Below are positions 62,809 through 64,000 of a stretch of 64,000 bases of DNA, piece by piece; the stretch's first letter is position 1; the number at the start of each line of letters is the position of its first letter. This DNA is from Kiritimatiellia bacterium. Lineage in GTDB: Bacteria; Verrucomicrobiota; Kiritimatiellia; RFP12; UBA1067. A program made the translations under genes and the position numbers. A model generated the notes under the pieces. That model ran no database searches. It worked only from the letters and a program-made list of their open reading frames with translations, and was not told where the DNA came from. The stretch spans positions 9,660 to 73,659 of the forward strand of contig JAFXTB010000178.1 in assembly GCA_017525225.1 (NCBI GenBank), read 5' to 3'.

Positions 62809-64000
62809 CTAGCCACCCAACGTCCAACCGTTGAAGTACACCCCGTCCAGTATCTCGGACGGCATGCCGCCGGTCGTAGGTCTTTCCACCACGGGATCCC
62901 ATCCCATCCGATCCTGCCTGCCCAGCACGCAGGCGTTGGCCAGGTGGCATATCGTGGCGGCGCGGTGGCCCACCTCGGCGTCGGCCGCGGGGCGTTCGCC
63001 GCTGTAGATGGAATCTATGAAATCCATCTCGTGCGAGGCGCGCGACCGGTGCAGATGCACATCCCCTTCCTTGAGATCGCGCCGCTCGTTCCACTTCTTC
63101 AGGAAGTCCGGTCTCTCCAGCCTGCCGCGCTTGACGCATAGGCGGCCCTTCTCGCAATGAAACACGATGCCGTTGCGCCAGGGGAAGTTCTTGTCTGGCG
63201 GATTGTTCACCGCCCGGCCCCGGAACCCGTTCGCGTATGCGATGTCGAAGGAGAAGCTTCCCGGCCAGCTGAACACCTCGTCGCACTCGTCCGAGAACTT
63301 CATGTTCTCTATCGCCACTGGCCCGGAATCGTCCGCGCCGGCTGCCCACTGCATGATGTCGAAATGGTGGGCACCCCAGTCAGCCATCGTGCCGGACCCG
63401 GTACGCGCGTTCCAGCGCCACTGCATCGGCTCGTGGATTCCGGGGATGAAGGCGTTGCCCTCCCAGTGCTTCGCAGGTCCCTGCCAGAGATCCCAGGCGC
63501 CATCTGCGAAGTACGCAGGGGGCGCCTTGCGCGACCTGTCTAGGGCATGCCCCCAGCATCCGCCGCGATCGGTGGGGAAGAACATCTCGCACAGCTCCAC
63601 GCGCCCCATGTAGCCGCTGCGAATCAGCTCGCACGCCACGCGGAACTCCGAAAGCGAGCGCTGCTGCGAACCGCTCTGGAACGTCACGCCCGTCTCCGCC
63701 GCCGTGCGCGCGATTGCACGCCCTTCCGCGATGGCGTGGGAGATCGGCTTCTGGCAGTAGACGTGCTTGCCGGCCCGCATGGCGGCTATTGATATTATCG
63801 CGTGCCAATGGTCCGGCGTGATCACGGCCACGGCATCGATGGAGGGATCCGCCACCACCTCGCGCCAGTCCGCCACCATGCGACAGACGTCGGCGCCGTA
63901 GTGGCGGTCCACCATCTCCTTCACCACGCGGCGTCCGCCGGGCAGCTCGGCCCTGTAGCCGTAGCCCGGCGCATATTCCACGGGGTCGCAGGCCACGACA
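62809..64000 (-). CDS. Gfo/Idh/MocA-family oxidoreductase (C-terminal about 395 aa; N-terminal Rossmann part lies beyond window end)
   Basis: ...VCRMVADWREVVADPSIDAVAVITPDHWHAIISIAAMRAGKHVYCQKP (conserved Gfo/Idh/MocA EKP-like motif). The translated sequence begins mid-domain at the window edge. Confidence 0.8.
   Translation of the reverse strand, partial: VVACDPVEYAPGYGYRAELPGGRRVVKEMVDRHYGADVCRMVADWREVVADPSIDAVAVITPDHWHAIISIAAMRAGKHVYCQKPISHAIAEGRAIARTAAETGVTFQSGSQQRSLSEFRVACELIRSGYMGRVELCEMFFPTDRGGCWGHALDRSRKAPPAYFADGAWDLWQGPAKHWEGNAFIPGIHEPMQWRWNARTGSGTMADWGAHHFDIMQWAAGADDSGPVAIENMKFSDECDEVFSWPGSFSFDIAYANGFRGRAVNNPPDKNFPWRNGIVFHCEKGRLCVKRGRLERPDFLKKWNERRDLKEGDVHLHRSRASHEMDFIDSIYSGERPAADAEVGHRAATICHLANACVLGRQDRMGWDPVVERPTTGGMPSEILDGVYFNGWTLGG

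Noticed and set aside
61494-62834. 446-aa plus-strand ORF ending in SQPSQPSQPSQPSQPSQP
   Set aside because: The C-terminal repeat is simply the translation of the 18-bp tandem DNA repeat. The rest is antisense to the ThuA-like gene.

Overview
High-GC (about 60-68%) bacterial chromosomal window from a diderm: LptD, PBP2 and RodA are present. The gene content (many large secreted glycan-active proteins, ThuA, Gfo/Idh/MocA, FGE-domain surface protein) suggests a glycan-degrading, possibly PVC-type lineage, but that is inference only. (1) 1-13.1 kb is conserved core. A gldA/gldF/gldG-like ABC exporter lies on the minus strand, followed by a tight plus-strand block: NYN/YacP-like protein, RsmC-like methyltransferase, mreB-mreC-mreD-mrdA(PBP2)-rodA, RNase G/E-family nuclease and lptD. 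(2) About 13.1-31.9 kb is a lower-GC (45-58%) accessory region. It holds GT2 + NUDIX + MauE/DoxX + thioredoxin-fold lipoprotein, then an ABC-transporter-dependent (Wzm/Wzt) surface-polysaccharide locus with several glycosyltransferases, a pyruvyl transferase and a GT2-ferredoxin-FrhB-like fusion. It also holds a degenerate GT2 stub, an AbiEii/AbiEi-like module with a triple 12-mer operator, and a 1,642-aa surface protein with mosaic GC. (3) An IS5-family transposase sits against a wzx flippase gene truncated at the same junction. Next come large secreted proteins, including two tandemly duplicated paralogous genes of about 3.8 kb each (1,266 and 1,260 aa). (4) The remainder holds a RhaT-family symporter, trpB2 + hybrid sensor kinase, recN, and a minus-strand carbohydrate-active block. 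That block comprises GH31, a Tat-signal sugar-phosphate isomerase-like TIM barrel, an SGNH hydrolase, a DUF4838-like protein, a neutral-ceramidase-like protein, ThuA-like and Gfo/Idh/MocA proteins, the last running off the window end. No rRNA, tRNA or CRISPR array was recognised. All homology calls are from reading the translations by eye; no database search was possible.
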